NCBI GenBank assembly: GCA_902791865.1
Contig: CADAXK010000015.1
Coordinates: forward strand, 21,944 to 85,943
Direction of reading: 5' to 3'
Length of the DNA: 64,000 bases
DNA from: an uncultured Bacteroidia bacterium
Lineage (GTDB): Bacteria; Bacteroidota; Bacteroidia; Bacteroidales; ML635J-15
Part shown: positions 31,695 through 42,939 of the stretch, in pieces
Layout: the number at the start of each line of letters is the position of its first letter
Numbering within the stretch: position 1 is the first letter of the stretch
Translations under genes and position numbers: made by a program
Notes under the pieces: model-generated
What the model saw: only the letters and a program-made list of their open reading frames with translations
The model's database searches: none
What the model was told of the DNA's origin: nothing

Positions 31695-32335
31695 GAATTA
31701 TTTGTTTTTGTGAATGGGCAGCTTCCGCACTTTATCGGGTGCTTTATTATGGAAGACAGCCAGTATCTGTATCCTATTGTAAAGTTAAATGTTTTTTTCT
31801 GATATCCGTATGTTATGTTGAACATAAGGTCGCTCTTGTCGTTGAGGAAGATGGCGTACTCGAGGTCGGCCAGGAATCCCACTGAATATTCCCAGCTTCC
31901 ATTTTGTTTCCATCCGCGTTCTTCTTGATAGTTAGGTACGGTATTCCAGCATTCGTGTCCGTAGCCCATAAGTCCTGCGCCAAAGCTAAGAGAATTACGA
32001 TAAACCTGAAACATCCTGACTTTCAGTCCTGCCTGTAGGAAAAGTCCGGGTTTGGAAATTGCATCGCTAAGTCCGCCGAAGTTGGCCCTGAAGCAAAGGA
32101 TGTCGCTTACAAGATAGGTTTCAACGCCAAGGATTACGCAGGGTTCAAGAACGAAGGTTGCGTTTGCATCAATCTTGTTTTCGTAAAGATTTTTGTTTGG
32201 CTCGTTGAAGAAATGGAAGCCGAGAGGCGAAATTTTTAGCTGCAAAGTTGTCTGCCCCGACAATCTGCTGGGGGTAAGCATAGTTGCTAAAACTATGACA
32301 ATCAGTGCAGTATAAAATAATCTTTGTTTCGTCAT
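31682..32335 (-). CDS. Hypothetical exported / small beta-barrel protein
   Basis: Signal-like N-terminus, beta-strand pattern ending FTIGYRYW, C-terminal CGSCP; start set at ATG 32335. Confidence 0.6.
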   Translation of the reverse strand: MTKQRLFYTALIVIVLATMLTPSRLSGQTTLQLKISPLGFHFFNEPNKNLYENKIDANATFVLEPCVILGVETYLVSDILCFRANFGGLSDAISKPGLFLQAGLKVRMFQVYRNSLSFGAGLMGYGHECWNTVPNYQEERGWKQNGSWEYSVGFLADLEYAIFLNDKSDLMFNITYGYQKKTFNFTIGYRYWLSSIIKHPIKCGSCPFTKTNNSWKK

Positions 32336-32424
32336 ATACGGCAATATATAATGCAAATAACGCACAATTTTATTATTTATTTTCCCGTCTTGAAAATTAT
32401 TTGTTCATTATTCGTTGTTAATAT

Positions 32425-32452
32425 GTTGAATCGCGACATGGCACAATTGTAC
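32425..32452. repeat. 28-bp REP-like imperfect palindrome
   Basis: GTTGAATCGCGACATGGCACAATTGTAC; near copy in reverse orientation at 52079-52106. Confidence 0.6.
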
Positions 32453-32487
32453 AAGAAATGTTTGCTTGCGATAATTTTAAACTTTGC

Positions 32488-33213
32488 CTAGTCGTTGCCA
32501 AACACTTCGTTCAGCACTTTAAGCGACTTTATTTCCGATAGGTTCTCTGTGTGAATTTTGTAGTATTCAAGCATCTGTCTGATGATTTCCTTTCGGTATG
32601 CGTATGGGATTGTCATGTTGCCAGTTTCGTATGATGCGCTAAGGATTGTTGAGAAAGCAAGGCTTAGCTGTCGGTCAAACGATTCCTCCTCGGAGGTAAA
32701 AAACGGCAGGAACATTCCTTCGCGTGAGTTGAAATATGGCGTTTCGGTGCAATAGTTGTTTGTTATCTCGAAGCCGAGAAGCCGTGCAAACTCCTTTAGG
32801 AAAATTATGTGCAGGTTTACTATGTTGTTGTTAGAGATTTCTATTGCCTCGATTGTGCTTCTGAAGAATTGATATAGTGCTGTATTTTGTTCCTCTTCCT
32901 TTACCATTTTCATAATTACTTCGGCGATGAACTGCGATATGCATATTCTTACCACGTCGCTGTCGATGGCGGTAGGGCTTTTTACAAGCTCGCAGTACGA
33001 CATACCTTGTACAGAGCGTGTGTCCTTTAGCCGAAGTTCTGTGCGGACAATATTCAGTGGTGCAAAAATGTTTGCCTTTTGTCCTGCTTTGCGGGTAGAT
33101 GTCCTAGCCAGTACCGAAATTTTTCCGCATGCTTCGCTGAACATGTTTACCACAAACGAGTTGTCGGTGTATTTTATGCGGTTGAGGATTATGGCTTCGG
33201 TAGGGATGAGCAT
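32488..33213 (-). CDS. recO: DNA repair protein RecO
   Basis: TEAIIL...KYTDNS, FAPLN, YYKIH...IKSLKVLNEVF; follows porZ as is usual in Bacteroidota. Confidence 0.9.
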   Translation of the reverse strand: MLIPTEAIILNRIKYTDNSFVVNMFSEACGKISVLARTSTRKAGQKANIFAPLNIVRTELRLKDTRSVQGMSYCELVKSPTAIDSDVVRICISQFIAEVIMKMVKEEEQNTALYQFFRSTIEAIEISNNNIVNLHIIFLKEFARLLGFEITNNYCTETPYFNSREGMFLPFFTSEEESFDRQLSLAFSTILSASYETGNMTIPYAYRKEIIRQMLEYYKIHTENLSEIKSLKVLNEVFGND

Positions 33214-33228
33214 GGCGAAGGTTTTTGT

Positions 33229-33426
33229 GTTTCAATGGGCTAACGCCCGTTTCTATGTTTCTGAGTTTCGGGACGATGCATGCATCGTCCGAATGATTTA
33301 TTAAGAGTGTCCTTGTGGACAGAAATCTGACAAATACTTTTCAAATTTAACAAATTTGCACTAATGCTTGTCAGATTCTTCATTGTCAATTATTCATTAT
33401 CCATTATAAATTGTAAATTATCCATT
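33229..33426. repeat. Mosaic intergenic repeat (mini-hairpin, 20-bp palindrome, heptamer array)
   Basis: GGGCTAACGCCC; GGACGATGCATGCATCGTCC (33271-33290); CATTGTC AATTATT CATTATC CATTATA AATTGTA AATTATC. Confidence 0.8.
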
Positions 33427-35776
33427 ATTTCAGAAAAATGATTTTAGTCGTTGATTTCTGTTCTCCTATTTCGGTAGATGCGAATACAACATAAACACCT
33501 GATGCAACGCGGTTTCCGTTTAGATTTCGTCCATCCCATACTAATTGTCCGCCTGTTGCTCGTGCCTCATATACGATGTTGCCCGATATGTCGGCAATCT
33601 TAACAATGGAGCCTGCGACAAGACCTCTTATTGTGACGGGACCATCGTAGTCGGACTTTACAGGATTTGGGAATGCGTATATTTCATCGTATGTTTCGAA
33701 TCCTTCGGTGGCGGATCCACGATACGAAATTATGCCTTGTGGAGTGGCGAAGAATACATCGCCAGTTTCTGGCACTATGCTTATGCATAGGATGTTGTCA
33801 CTAGGAATTGGACTATTCTGCGTATTGAAATGGTGTATTGTTTCTATTCCGTCGGCACTTGTATAGTATACACCTCCGTTTTGCGTGCCAAACCATTTGC
33901 AGTTGGCACCATCGACACTTATTGATGTGACAACATCTGCCGACAGCAGTATGTCGGCATTGTCGGTGCCGTCGTTGCGGGGTACTTTTATCTGTCTGCC
34001 ACGAAATGTTCCGCTTTCGAACACCTTGTCGGGATTGTAGTAAACCACAACGCCCTTTGCCGTTCCTACCCAAATGTATCCGTTTTTATCTTCGGCAATG
34101 GAGTATATGTCGTTGCTTACAAGTTCTCCTTCCTCGTTCATTACGCTTAAGTGTTTATAGTGGTCGTCGGATGTATTTTCTGGGGTTCCGTTGTCGTCAA
34201 AAACGAACAATCCTCCGTACTGTCCTATAACTAGCCATTTTTGTCCGGAACTTGTGATAATCATTGATTTTATGTTGCGGTCCATGTCGGGAAACGAAAA
34301 TGCAGTCCATTTTCCATCGGGGGTCATTCGATGAAGGCATTTTGCGGATAGGGAATTTGTTACCCATAGATTTCCATCTGCATCGTATACGGCGCTTCCG
34401 GCTCTTATCCAGTCAGTATCGTCAATAAATATAAAGGAACTGTTTTCGGTGTTGTGTATTTTGTAGAACTGGTTATTACGAAATTCTATTAGACCTTTAA
34501 CCCAGGAACTTAAAAAGAAGTGTGAGTCGTCTTTGGGGTCTATGGTTACATTTACAAGATCACTTGCACCCAATAGTTCAGGGATATCGTTTGCTGATCG
34601 AGTAGTCCATTCATAGTTTTTGTATTCATACATTGTAGGGAATGTCCATGTCGGTGTATATGAAGCATTGTATGCTCCTCTTACCGCTATTGTTTTCGAT
34701 TTCGAGGATGATAAGTAGAATACATTATTTAGGCTTGGCGAGTTGATTTTTAAAAGATCACCGCCACCTTCTGCATTTACAAGCCAGCCAAGTCCATTGA
34801 TGCGGTCGGCTATCCATATTTTTGTTCCAGCTATTGCTGTGTTGTTAGCATATATAGGAATCCAATTATCCTGGGTTCTGTATTCCCTATTTTCATTTAT
34901 TTGCTCAAGGTTTGTGTTGTATGTGTATATTGGACCGTCGGTTGAGCAGAGCAATATTTCATCGTTACATGACATTGAGGTGGTCGAATTCATTTCGTTC
35001 ATTACATGGTTCCACGAATTTCCATCGTATGCCATTATGGTATCGCAGTTCCTTTCTGTGCTATTGTAGTTAGCAAGCAGTTTTCCTGCAAACCATTTTA
35101 CACAGTTGTAGTTTTTCCCTTTCATCCAAATGTTTGGTGATGTGCTATCTATGTCGGTGAGAACCTGCCAGTTGGAAAAATTTACCAGGTTGTCGGAAAG
35201 ATTACCATGAAATATGCCAGTTGTGCTGGCTACATATATGTCGTCGTTGTGGTTGGTCATATCATTCACCTGAACGTATGAGCCATTGTTGCCAATAAAC
35301 CAGGTTTCACTGATTTCCATTCGTTCAAGGTTAAGCTTTACTATTCCGAAATCGCAGCCAAGATAAGCGATGCCGTCGATGGTTATTATTGAATTTATTG
35401 ATTTGCTGCTATTTATTGACTTTTTCTTTATGTCGTTGATGTTTATTATTTCGTTTCCGCGTAGAATGTCAATATTTCCATTTGAATAACCGATAATCAC
35501 GCTTTGAGTTTTTTTGTCGTATTCGATTCCTCTTGGAGTTATATCTGATAGCACATTGAATCTGTTGAGCCGTTCAATTTCTTCAGACTTGCTATCGTAT
35601 TTTATGATTCCACATTCCGAAATCAAGTATGCGGTTTCGTCAACAACTATTACTTTTTTGCCGTTATTATATGAGAAATGGTCCTGCCATTGTCCGACAG
35701 CGACCTGTGCCGATGTGATAATGGATGTTATCAGGAAAAAAAGTGTGGCGCTTATGTATTCGATTTTATTCATCAT
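33425..35776 (-). CDS. porZ: T9SS component PorZ
   Basis: [10 protein letters not shown] start, beta-propeller repeats, [11 protein letters not shown]-terminal AFPNPV...WDG.N..G.RVASGVY CTD. Confidence 0.85.
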   Translation of the reverse strand: MMNKIEYISATLFFLITSIITSAQVAVGQWQDHFSYNNGKKVIVVDETAYLISECGIIKYDSKSEEIERLNRFNVLSDITPRGIEYDKKTQSVIIGYSNGNIDILRGNEIININDIKKKSINSSKSINSIITIDGIAYLGCDFGIVKLNLERMEISETWFIGNNGSYVQVNDMTNHNDDIYVASTTGIFHGNLSDNLVNFSNWQVLTDIDSTSPNIWMKGKNYNCVKWFAGKLLANYNSTERNCDTIMAYDGNSWNHVMNEMNSTTSMSCNDEILLCSTDGPIYTYNTNLEQINENREYRTQDNWIPIYANNTAIAGTKIWIADRINGLGWLVNAEGGGDLLKINSPSLNNVFYLSSSKSKTIAVRGAYNASYTPTWTFPTMYEYKNYEWTTRSANDIPELLGASDLVNVTIDPKDDSHFFLSSWVKGLIEFRNNQFYKIHNTENSSFIFIDDTDWIRAGSAVYDADGNLWVTNSLSAKCLHRMTPDGKWTAFSFPDMDRNIKSMIITSSGQKWLVIGQYGGLFVFDDNGTPENTSDDHYKHLSVMNEEGELVSNDIYSIAEDKNGYIWVGTAKGVVVYYNPDKVFESGTFRGRQIKVPRNDGTDNADILLSADVVTSISVDGANCKWFGTQNGGVYYTSADGIETIHHFNTQNSPIPSDNILCISIVPETGDVFFATPQGIISYRGSATEGFETYDEIYAFPNPVKSDYDGPVTIRGLVAGSIVKIADISGNIVYEARATGGQLVWDGRNLNGNRVASGVYVVFASTEIGEQKSTTKIIFLK

Positions 35777-36354
35777 TCTTGGTGTTCTTTTAGATATGCT
35801 GCCATTTTTTTTGCTGCATTGCCTCGGTGGCTGATTTTGTTTTTAATTTCGGCTGGGAGTTCGGCAAAGGTTTCGGAGTATCCGTCGGGAAGAAATACTG
35901 GGTCGTAGCCAAAGCCGTTGTGCCCGCGATATTCCTCGATGATACGACCTTTTACTTCACCTTCAAATATATGTTCCTTGTTGTTTAGAATCAGTGCGAT
36001 TGCTGTTCTGAACCTTGCCTTGCGGTTTTCGTGTCCTTTCATATTGGCGAGCAGTTTTGCAATGTTGTCGTCGAAAGTTGGGTGTTCGCCAGCATATCGA
36101 GCCGAATAAACTCCTGGTTCTCCGTTGAGGCATTCCACTTCGAGGCCCGTATCGTCGGCGAAGCAGTTGAGTCCATACTTATCATGTATATATCTTGCCT
36201 TTTGCAGAGCATTGCCTTCTATAGTGTCCTGTTCTTCGGGGATTTCGTCGTGGCAGTTGATATCTGCAAGCGACAGTATTTCAATGTCGTTGCCAAGAAT
36301 TCCTCTCATTTCTTCGAGTTTATGCTTGTTGTTGCTTGCAAGAACGAGTTTCAT
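35773..36354 (-). CDS. rdgB: Non-canonical purine NTP pyrophosphatase
   Basis: [30 protein letters not shown]. Confidence 0.95.
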   Translation of the reverse strand: MKLVLASNNKHKLEEMRGILGNDIEILSLADINCHDEIPEEQDTIEGNALQKARYIHDKYGLNCFADDTGLEVECLNGEPGVYSARYAGEHPTFDDNIAKLLANMKGHENRKARFRTAIALILNNKEHIFEGEVKGRIIEEYRGHNGFGYDPVFLPDGYSETFAELPAEIKNKISHRGNAAKKMAAYLKEHQE

Positions 36355-36355
36355 A

Positions 36356-37177
36356 TTAATTGAATTTTATTTTCTTTAAAATTTGACGCATTATATCGGG
36401 AAAGTATTGGTTTACGATACGTTCCTTGTCGTCTTCATAAATTGGCACTTTGGTGCTGGCGTAGTTTCCAGAAATAAATTCTCCGTTGGTGTTGTATATG
36501 CTGAAATGCACGCGCATAAGCCGTTGTACATTCCTTTGTCCGCTGATGTATGGGTCGCGGTAGTCGGTCTTTATGTCGAACTGATTGATGAACAGGAAGT
36601 AATCAATGTTTCTTCGGCTAGCGATTTCTTTAAGCACTTCGGGTTGACCGATTATTATATGCAGATACATGTCGTCGGTTTGTTGTTTGCGACCAACGAG
36701 TTCACCATTTTGCATTCCAGGACGGGCGTTTCGCATTTCCTCTTCGCGTTGCTTGCGTCTTGCTTCTTCCAATTTTTCGGCTCTTTTTTTCGCAAGAGCC
36801 CCCATGTTCTCTGTGTCTAGTTCTAATTCGGCAAGTCGCAATTCGTACGACATTGTGGTATATAGTCCCGAAATATCGGCTTCATCCTCGCGGGTATTGT
36901 TTTTAAGCAGGTCAACAACTTCACACGAATCGTTTAGCGCATTGGTCAGTTGCAAATTCAGCTGGTAGCGGAAATATTCCATAATCTCGTCGTGTGTAAG
37001 TCTGTCGCGTCTTGCGATGTCGGCTGTGGCATCGTTGAAGTATATCCTTTCGTCGAATGGGACTAACAGCACTCTTTTCTGCCTGTTGTACCTGCTGTTG
37101 AAATCAAGGTATTCCTGTCCGTATGTTATTGTTACGGAAGAAATTACAGCAAGCATTATGAAAATAATACGTTTCAT
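36356..37177 (-). CDS. Hypothetical exported protein
   Basis: 273 aa ORF with signal peptide ending TYGQ; tightly packed in operon. Confidence 0.75.
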   Translation of the reverse strand: MKRIIFIMLAVISSVTITYGQEYLDFNSRYNRQKRVLLVPFDERIYFNDATADIARRDRLTHDEIMEYFRYQLNLQLTNALNDSCEVVDLLKNNTREDEADISGLYTTMSYELRLAELELDTENMGALAKKRAEKLEEARRKQREEEMRNARPGMQNGELVGRKQQTDDMYLHIIIGQPEVLKEIASRRNIDYFLFINQFDIKTDYRDPYISGQRNVQRLMRVHFSIYNTNGEFISGNYASTKVPIYEDDKERIVNQYFPDIMRQILKKIKFN

Positions 37178-37178
37178 T

Positions 37179-38567
37179 TTAGAAAAGGTTTAGTATGTCG
37201 TTAAAGATTATGAATACCATGAGTATTAGCAAAATAATCAGTCCGATTCTTTGTATTATGTCGAGGGCCTTGTTTGGCAGTTTACGACGTGTAATTGCCT
37301 CGATTGCCAGAAGCAGTACATGTCCGCCGTCTAAAGCAGGAATAGGCAGTATGTTCATGAATGCAAGGATAATGGAAATTATTCCTGTCAGTTTCCAGAA
37401 TCTTGCCCAATCCCATATTGGTCCGTACACTTTTGCTATGCCTATAGGTCCTTGCAGGCTTTCGCGTGCGCTTTCCTTTCCGCTGAAAATCAGGCCGAAG
37501 CCTTTTATATTGGCGTAAAGAGTTTCCATAGCATCGCGCCAGCCGTACTTCATTGCGCTTGCAAGCGTGTAGTTCCTTGTCTCGTACTGTGGTTGCTTTA
37601 CAAAAACGCCTATTTTGCCTGTGCTGTCGATTTCCACAGGTGCGGTGTATTCGCTACCATTGGATGAAAGAACAAAATCGAGCTGGCGGCCTTTGTTGTG
37701 ATTGAGCAGGTCGCGCATCTGTCCGAAACTTTGGACTTCCACATTGTCAATTTTCAGCAATCGCGAATTCGCTTTGATTCCAGCCTTGTCTGCCGACATT
37801 CCACTTACTACGCTGTCGATGAACACTTCGTGGTTCGACAGGTCGAACAGCATTCCTCCGCTTTTCATGTACGAGTACAGCGTATCAGGAATTTCGATTT
37901 CCTTGCGATAGCCATTGCGGTCAACGGTTATTGAGTTGGCAAAGAACAGTTTGGCAGAAAAGACATCTTCGTAGCGTTCCACATCGTTGCCGTTTATAGC
38001 GACAATCTTGTCGCCAGCCTCAAATCCAAGGAAGCGACCATATTCGGATGGATAAATGCCTTCGGTAACATTTTCGACAGGAAGATATGCCTTGGTAAAT
38101 GCGAGATGCGAAAATCCAAGAATCAGCACAGCGGCAATCACATTCATGGTCACACCGCCAATCATTATTATCAGTCGCTGCCATGCTGGTTTGGTGCGGA
38201 ATTCCCATGGTTTCGGTTCTGCAGGTAGTTGGTCTGACGATGTGGTTTCGTCAACCATTCCGTCGATTGCACAGTAGCCACCAAGCGGGAAGTATCCGAT
38301 GCCCCATTCGGTTGATGTTTCGTCTTCTTCGTATTCCTTTGGAGCATTGCGGCTAAACCAACTGAATATCCACTTGCCGTTTACCTTTTTTGCGCGGAAC
38401 AATGCAAAAGTCGGTGCGGTGAAGAACATTGGAAAGTCGAAAAATAGATAGAACTTCTTTACTCTTACGCCAAAAGCCTTTGCTGCAAGGTAATGTCCAA
38501 ACTCATGTATGACAACCAATAGCGAAAGCGCCAAAAGCAATTGTACGGTCATTGTAAGTGCTCCCAT
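37179..38567 (-). CDS. rseP: RIP metalloprotease RseP
   Basis: HEFGH, PLGGY, PDZ domains, NILPIPALDGGH. Confidence 0.95.
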   Translation of the reverse strand: MGALTMTVQLLLALSLLVVIHEFGHYLAAKAFGVRVKKFYLFFDFPMFFTAPTFALFRAKKVNGKWIFSWFSRNAPKEYEEDETSTEWGIGYFPLGGYCAIDGMVDETTSSDQLPAEPKPWEFRTKPAWQRLIIMIGGVTMNVIAAVLILGFSHLAFTKAYLPVENVTEGIYPSEYGRFLGFEAGDKIVAINGNDVERYEDVFSAKLFFANSITVDRNGYRKEIEIPDTLYSYMKSGGMLFDLSNHEVFIDSVVSGMSADKAGIKANSRLLKIDNVEVQSFGQMRDLLNHNKGRQLDFVLSSNGSEYTAPVEIDSTGKIGVFVKQPQYETRNYTLASAMKYGWRDAMETLYANIKGFGLIFSGKESARESLQGPIGIAKVYGPIWDWARFWKLTGIISIILAFMNILPIPALDGGHVLLLAIEAITRRKLPNKALDIIQRIGLIILLILMVFIIFNDILNLF

Positions 38568-38579
38568 TGTCCTTCAGTT

Positions 38580-40517
38580 TTATTTGTTGTTTGAATTTTC
38601 GGTTGTCGGATATACGATGGAGAAAGAATAGTCCTTTTGTATGGAGTAGATGTAAACATCCTTGTTGCTGTACGATTTAGTGTTGTATCCGCTGGCGCTT
38701 ACATATTGTCTTTTTCCGCCAAGTCCTTCCTGTACAAAGTTCTGGTCTAAAATGCTTGTGAAATTTTTCCCAGCCTTCTGTAGCAGAGGAATGAAATAGT
38801 TGATTGCATCGGCAGCGATGTATGCGTCGGTGTTTGGCTCGCAGAGGAATGCGCTGTGGAATTTGCTTATGAACGACTTGACATCCATGTTCTTGTAGTT
38901 TATGCTTATGTTGGAATAGTAAGCGAATCTTACTTCTGCATAATAGTTAGGATCGATGCTTTCGTAGTTCATAATCTTCGGGTCGGCGATGAGGATTATC
39001 TTATTGTCCTCGCAGAGTTTGAAAACTTGAGTGAGCACCCTTGTAATTGCCATTTCGTTTTCGAATGTCACTACAATCAGGTTTTCTTTTCCTTTCTGCA
39101 ATGCGCTTCCAATGGCTTCGATGCTACTGCCGTTGAAATTCAATTCTGTGGCTTCTACACCTGCGTTCTGCATGGCTTCGAGGTATTTTGCCGAAGATGA
39201 TTTTGATTCATCGGAAGTTCCCTTTATAATCAGTGCGTTGCAGTTGCCAATCTGTGCGGCATACTTGGCGACTTCGTTGCGGATGTCTTGTTTGCTTGGG
39301 TTAAGCATGATGTTGTTGGGGTAGTTTTTTAGTACGCTTTCGTCGGTTATGAACGGCAGAAGCATTGGTATGCCGAGGTTGAGTGAATTCAAGTAATCGA
39401 CTTGGCTCTTGTATGCAGGACCTATTATCATGTCAACGTTGTCGAGTTTTCCGCCGTCAATCATTTCGGTAAGTATTGTGTTGTCCTTTCCGATATCGTA
39501 TGTCTTGAATGTTATATGTATGTCCTCGTGCCTGAAATTTTCGAGAGCGACAAGGCATCCCGAATAGAAATCTACAGCTCTTTCGGTTGCGGTGCGTATC
39601 TTTTGTGGAACTTTACGTTTTTCCTGGTTGGCAAGGTCACGAAGGTTGGCGCTAGTCTCGAACGACATCAGCAATGCCACTGTGAAATTTTTCTTGTCTG
39701 TGTAGATGGATGCAGAATCAGGCTCTTCGGTTTCCAGATCGTTGTTTTTCACAGGGCGGACATTATTTGTTTGTTCGTTTTCAGTGTCGTCATTGTCGGT
39801 GTTTGCAACAGGACGAACTGTAGGAGTGTTAGTTTCGCTTTCTGCCTGTTTGCGAGGTATGCGTATTGTTTCGCCTATTGACAGAGGACGGTCGGCTAGG
39901 TTTGGGTTTTCGGCTACAAGTTCGTCAAGGCTGGTTTCGTACTTCTTGGTAATTTTGTATAGGGTTTCGCCTTTTTCTACTGTGTGGTAAATGTATTTGG
40001 TTTCGTCGCGAGGTCTTACGATGGGAGTAGGCTTTGTTTCTTCTTCGGGTTTTACTGTCGCAGTATTTTCTTCTGTTTTTTCCTTTATGGGGAAGTATAT
40101 TTCATCGCCGGCCTTTATGCTTTCGTTACGGCTCAATTTTGGATTGGCATCGTAGAATTCCTTTTCGGTGGTATTGAAGCGTTTGAGTAGCGAGTATAGA
40201 GTTTCGCCTTTCTTTACCATGTAAACAATGTACTTGCCGTCCTTTGATATTTCGTTTTCAATTGGAATCTTTATAATCTGACCTATTGACAGTGTTCCGG
40301 TCTGCAATTCGGGGTTGACATTAAGGACATCCTTTTCCTTTACAGAATACGCCTTGCATATTGAGTACAATGTTTGTCCTTGCTGAACTGTGTGCAAGTA
40401 GAACTTTTGTCCGTTTTCGAGGACTTTTTCCTGTGAAATTTCAATGTTTACTTGTGCCGTTGCACCGCAAACGGCAAAAATTGCAGGAATGAGGAGTATT
40501 ATGATTCGTTTAAGCAT
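38580..40517 (-). CDS. LysM-repeat + periplasmic-binding-protein-like domain protein
   Basis: Three HTV..GETLY-type LysM repeats; C-terminal ALLMSF, DFYSG, IIGP. Confidence 0.88.
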   Translation of the reverse strand: MLKRIIILLIPAIFAVCGATAQVNIEISQEKVLENGQKFYLHTVQQGQTLYSICKAYSVKEKDVLNVNPELQTGTLSIGQIIKIPIENEISKDGKYIVYMVKKGETLYSLLKRFNTTEKEFYDANPKLSRNESIKAGDEIYFPIKEKTEENTATVKPEEETKPTPIVRPRDETKYIYHTVEKGETLYKITKKYETSLDELVAENPNLADRPLSIGETIRIPRKQAESETNTPTVRPVANTDNDDTENEQTNNVRPVKNNDLETEEPDSASIYTDKKNFTVALLMSFETSANLRDLANQEKRKVPQKIRTATERAVDFYSGCLVALENFRHEDIHITFKTYDIGKDNTILTEMIDGGKLDNVDMIIGPAYKSQVDYLNSLNLGIPMLLPFITDESVLKNYPNNIMLNPSKQDIRNEVAKYAAQIGNCNALIIKGTSDESKSSSAKYLEAMQNAGVEATELNFNGSSIEAIGSALQKGKENLIVVTFENEMAITRVLTQVFKLCEDNKIILIADPKIMNYESIDPNYYAEVRFAYYSNISINYKNMDVKSFISKFHSAFLCEPNTDAYIAADAINYFIPLLQKAGKNFTSILDQNFVQEGLGGKRQYVSASGYNTKSYSNKDVYIYSIQKDYSFSIVYPTTENSNNK

Positions 40518-40525
40518 CTCGATTG

Positions 40526-41593
40526 TTATTTATCTTTCTTGTCTCTTAATTTTGATTTGTATTCGTCGTAGTATTTTTGCAGATCAACATTTTTGTTTAG
40601 CATGTCATCTCCGAAATATGTCAGCAGTTTCTCGATGGTTGTGTATGATGAGAATCCGCGTTGCACGAACAATGGATGGGTTGCGTTCTCATCAAAAATC
40701 ACGAAAGCGGGAATCCTGTAGTCGGGGTGAAGCAACGACAGCACAAGCTGGTGAGGGTACTGCACTTGCTTGGTTTCGTTTACGAATGCCTTGCCTGCAA
40801 TTGTCAGCGTATCGGCAATATCGTAAGGTATTTTAGCTGCATAGAAGTTTTTGTTTATATAGTCGGCAATGACTTTTTCCTTGAACGAACCACCGAGCAT
40901 TATCTTACTGCTTGAGTTCCAGTCGGAATAAATGTAGAGCAGGAGTTTCTTCGGCTGTGTTTTCATTTTTTCTACAGCCTTGTTGAAGTCCATCCAGTCG
41001 ATAGTGCCGTTGAACATTTCTATTGTGTCGAGTTCTGGACGGAAGGCGGCGTTGAAGCATTGCATGTATTCGTCCCATGCGCTGTATTTGTTGATTCTTT
41101 CGGCAAAATATATTAATAAAGGTTCAAAGTTTTCTACTGTCATAAACCCGGGCACAGGAGCAATGTTGCCTTCGAAGTCGATGAAAACCGTTGACGGATA
41201 CGACATTCGTCCGCTTAGTAGCATTTGTGCAAGCATGTGCGATGAGCGGTTGCCAATCTGCGGATTTATGAAGGGCTTGAGTTCTGTGACTTTTTCGCCA
41301 GTTTTCTCATCGGTGTGCTTTACGGGGAACATTATAGTGTCGGTGGTTTCGGCATTGAATTTTACAGGGTAGAAGTTGGCGTTTATGTATGCTGCCAGTT
41401 CGGGGTTGCTGAAAGTTTCGGCATCCATCTTCTTGCACCATCCGCACCAGTCGGTGTACATGTCAATCATTACCGTCTTGGGCATCGAGTCCTGCTTGCG
41501 CATGGCTTCTTCTATGCCCATCCATTTTATCTGTGCAGTAACGACTTGTGCGCCACAGATAACCGCTATTATAATGAACAAGACCTTTTTCAT
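40526..41593 (-). CDS. Double thioredoxin-fold (DUF255-like) exported protein
   Basis: Domain 1 YTDWCGWCKKM; domain 2 YSDWNSSSKIM lacks the cysteines. Confidence 0.85.
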   Translation of the reverse strand: MKKVLFIIIAVICGAQVVTAQIKWMGIEEAMRKQDSMPKTVMIDMYTDWCGWCKKMDAETFSNPELAAYINANFYPVKFNAETTDTIMFPVKHTDEKTGEKVTELKPFINPQIGNRSSHMLAQMLLSGRMSYPSTVFIDFEGNIAPVPGFMTVENFEPLLIYFAERINKYSAWDEYMQCFNAAFRPELDTIEMFNGTIDWMDFNKAVEKMKTQPKKLLLYIYSDWNSSSKIMLGGSFKEKVIADYINKNFYAAKIPYDIADTLTIAGKAFVNETKQVQYPHQLVLSLLHPDYRIPAFVIFDENATHPLFVQRGFSSYTTIEKLLTYFGDDMLNKNVDLQKYYDEYKSKLRDKKDK

Positions 41594-41704
41594 CTCATAA
41601 AAATTTAAACTGCAAATATACGAAACTATCCGTTTATAAACGGTATTGTAACCTTAAAATTATTTTAATGAAAAATTAGTCTTGCAATGTCCGTGCCGAA
41701 AAGG

Positions 41705-41852
41705 GGCTTGAAGGCTTGCTGTCTCACAGGCTAACAGTCTCACAGGCTAACAGTCTCACAGGCTTGCGGACAGAAAGACCGGCCTTCTGCTTGACTGACC
41801 TTCTGCTGGACTTTTGCCTTCTCTTCTTTTAGCCCAATATCTGTTGGCTAAA
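41705..41852. repeat. Phased octamer repeat element
   Basis: GGCTTGAA GGCTTGCT GTCTCACA GGCTAACA GTCTCACA GGCTAACA GTCTCACA GGCTTGCG...TTTTAGCCCAATA. Confidence 0.85.
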
Positions 41853-41876
41853 GGTTGATGTTTGTGGTGATGAATG

Positions 41877-42737
41877 CTATCTTTTCTTGCATTTGTAAGA
41901 AGTGCTACCGCTGGCTCCTGGACTATAAGTTTGACCTATTTGAATTATTAGGCTATCGCTGGAAAAAGATCCAACATTTATCCTAATGTTTTTTAGCGTA
42001 CCGTCTGTTTTTACATAATAGAACATTGCTTCCGGATTGTCTGTTATTTCTTCAATCCTTACAACCGAATCGTTGTCAGTAAGCGACACTTCCAAAGTAA
42101 CATCTCTTGTCGTAACATACGATGTGTCAGGAACATAAAACACACTGCGTTTTGTACCTTCGTATATGCCAGTCCATTGGTTTCTGTAGTCTGGTGTATC
42201 AAATGTGACAGGATACTCTTGAATTCTCGTCCCCGTGTAAACAAAGTGCTCTGGAGTATAGCGGTATGATATGCATTTATAATAATTGTAATTCAATAAT
42301 ATGGATTCAGATTTGTCGTATGTTCCGTATGCTGAAGTCTCATAACTGTCGATACGTCCGCCATAGCCGGTAGCCAGTTGCGTATATCCGGGAAGACCTT
42401 GTGCCAATGCGGTGTCGCGCAGGTTTCCTTTTTTATCGTATGTCATGAGAAATGTTAGGTTTAATGAAGAATCCCAAGCTCTTAAAAGTTTTTTGCTTGT
42501 TCTCACAGGAAATATTTCCAGCACGATATTTTCATCGGTAGTATTTTCTAGTTCTGATTTTCTTGTGCAGATGTACTTGCCAACAATCTTCGAATTGGGA
42601 TATATGCACGAACCATCATCTTCTTGTGCCGACTTTCTATAGTTTATTGCATCGGGGTCGGTGCAACCACATTTGGTACATCCTGCATATATAATTGCAC
42701 CAAAAAATAAGGCAAAAATTACAATGATATTTCTCAT
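41877..42737 (-). CDS. Hypothetical lipoprotein with GCTDPxAxNY...DDGSC motif
   Basis: Lipobox YAGC; CGCTDPDAINYRKSAQEDDGSC. Confidence 0.75.
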   Translation of the reverse strand: MRNIIVIFALFFGAIIYAGCTKCGCTDPDAINYRKSAQEDDGSCIYPNSKIVGKYICTRKSELENTTDENIVLEIFPVRTSKKLLRAWDSSLNLTFLMTYDKKGNLRDTALAQGLPGYTQLATGYGGRIDSYETSAYGTYDKSESILLNYNYYKCISYRYTPEHFVYTGTRIQEYPVTFDTPDYRNQWTGIYEGTKRSVFYVPDTSYVTTRDVTLEVSLTDNDSVVRIEEITDNPEAMFYYVKTDGTLKNIRINVGSFSSDSLIIQIGQTYSPGASGSTSYKCKKR

Positions 42738-42863
42738 AATATTACTTTATTTAGTACGTAGTTGCAAAGATAAGTTTTTTTTTTATGATGTACATTTTTT
42801 TGCGAAAAAATATCAAAATGAAAAAGCAAGGTTGTCTGGAAAGTTTTTTAAGCTAATTTTAGG

Positions 42864-42893
42864 TTTGCGGTTCAGAAATATTTCTTACATTTG
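42864..42893 (+). promoter_or_regulatory. Bacteroidota sigma-A promoter of pepD (TTTG...TACATTTG)
   Basis: TTTG at 42864, 18-nt spacer, TAnnTTTG at 42886. Confidence 0.6.
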
Positions 42894-42939
42894 CCATCAC
42901 TAAATAAATTTTCAAACAAATTAAAAAACAAATAAAATT

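Noticed and set aside
33324-33377. Invertible promoter (AATCTGACAA...TTGTCAGATT around a minus-strand TAAATTTG)
   Set aside because: Arms are only 10 bp with a 34-bp interior and no recombinase nearby; more likely a hairpin or chance
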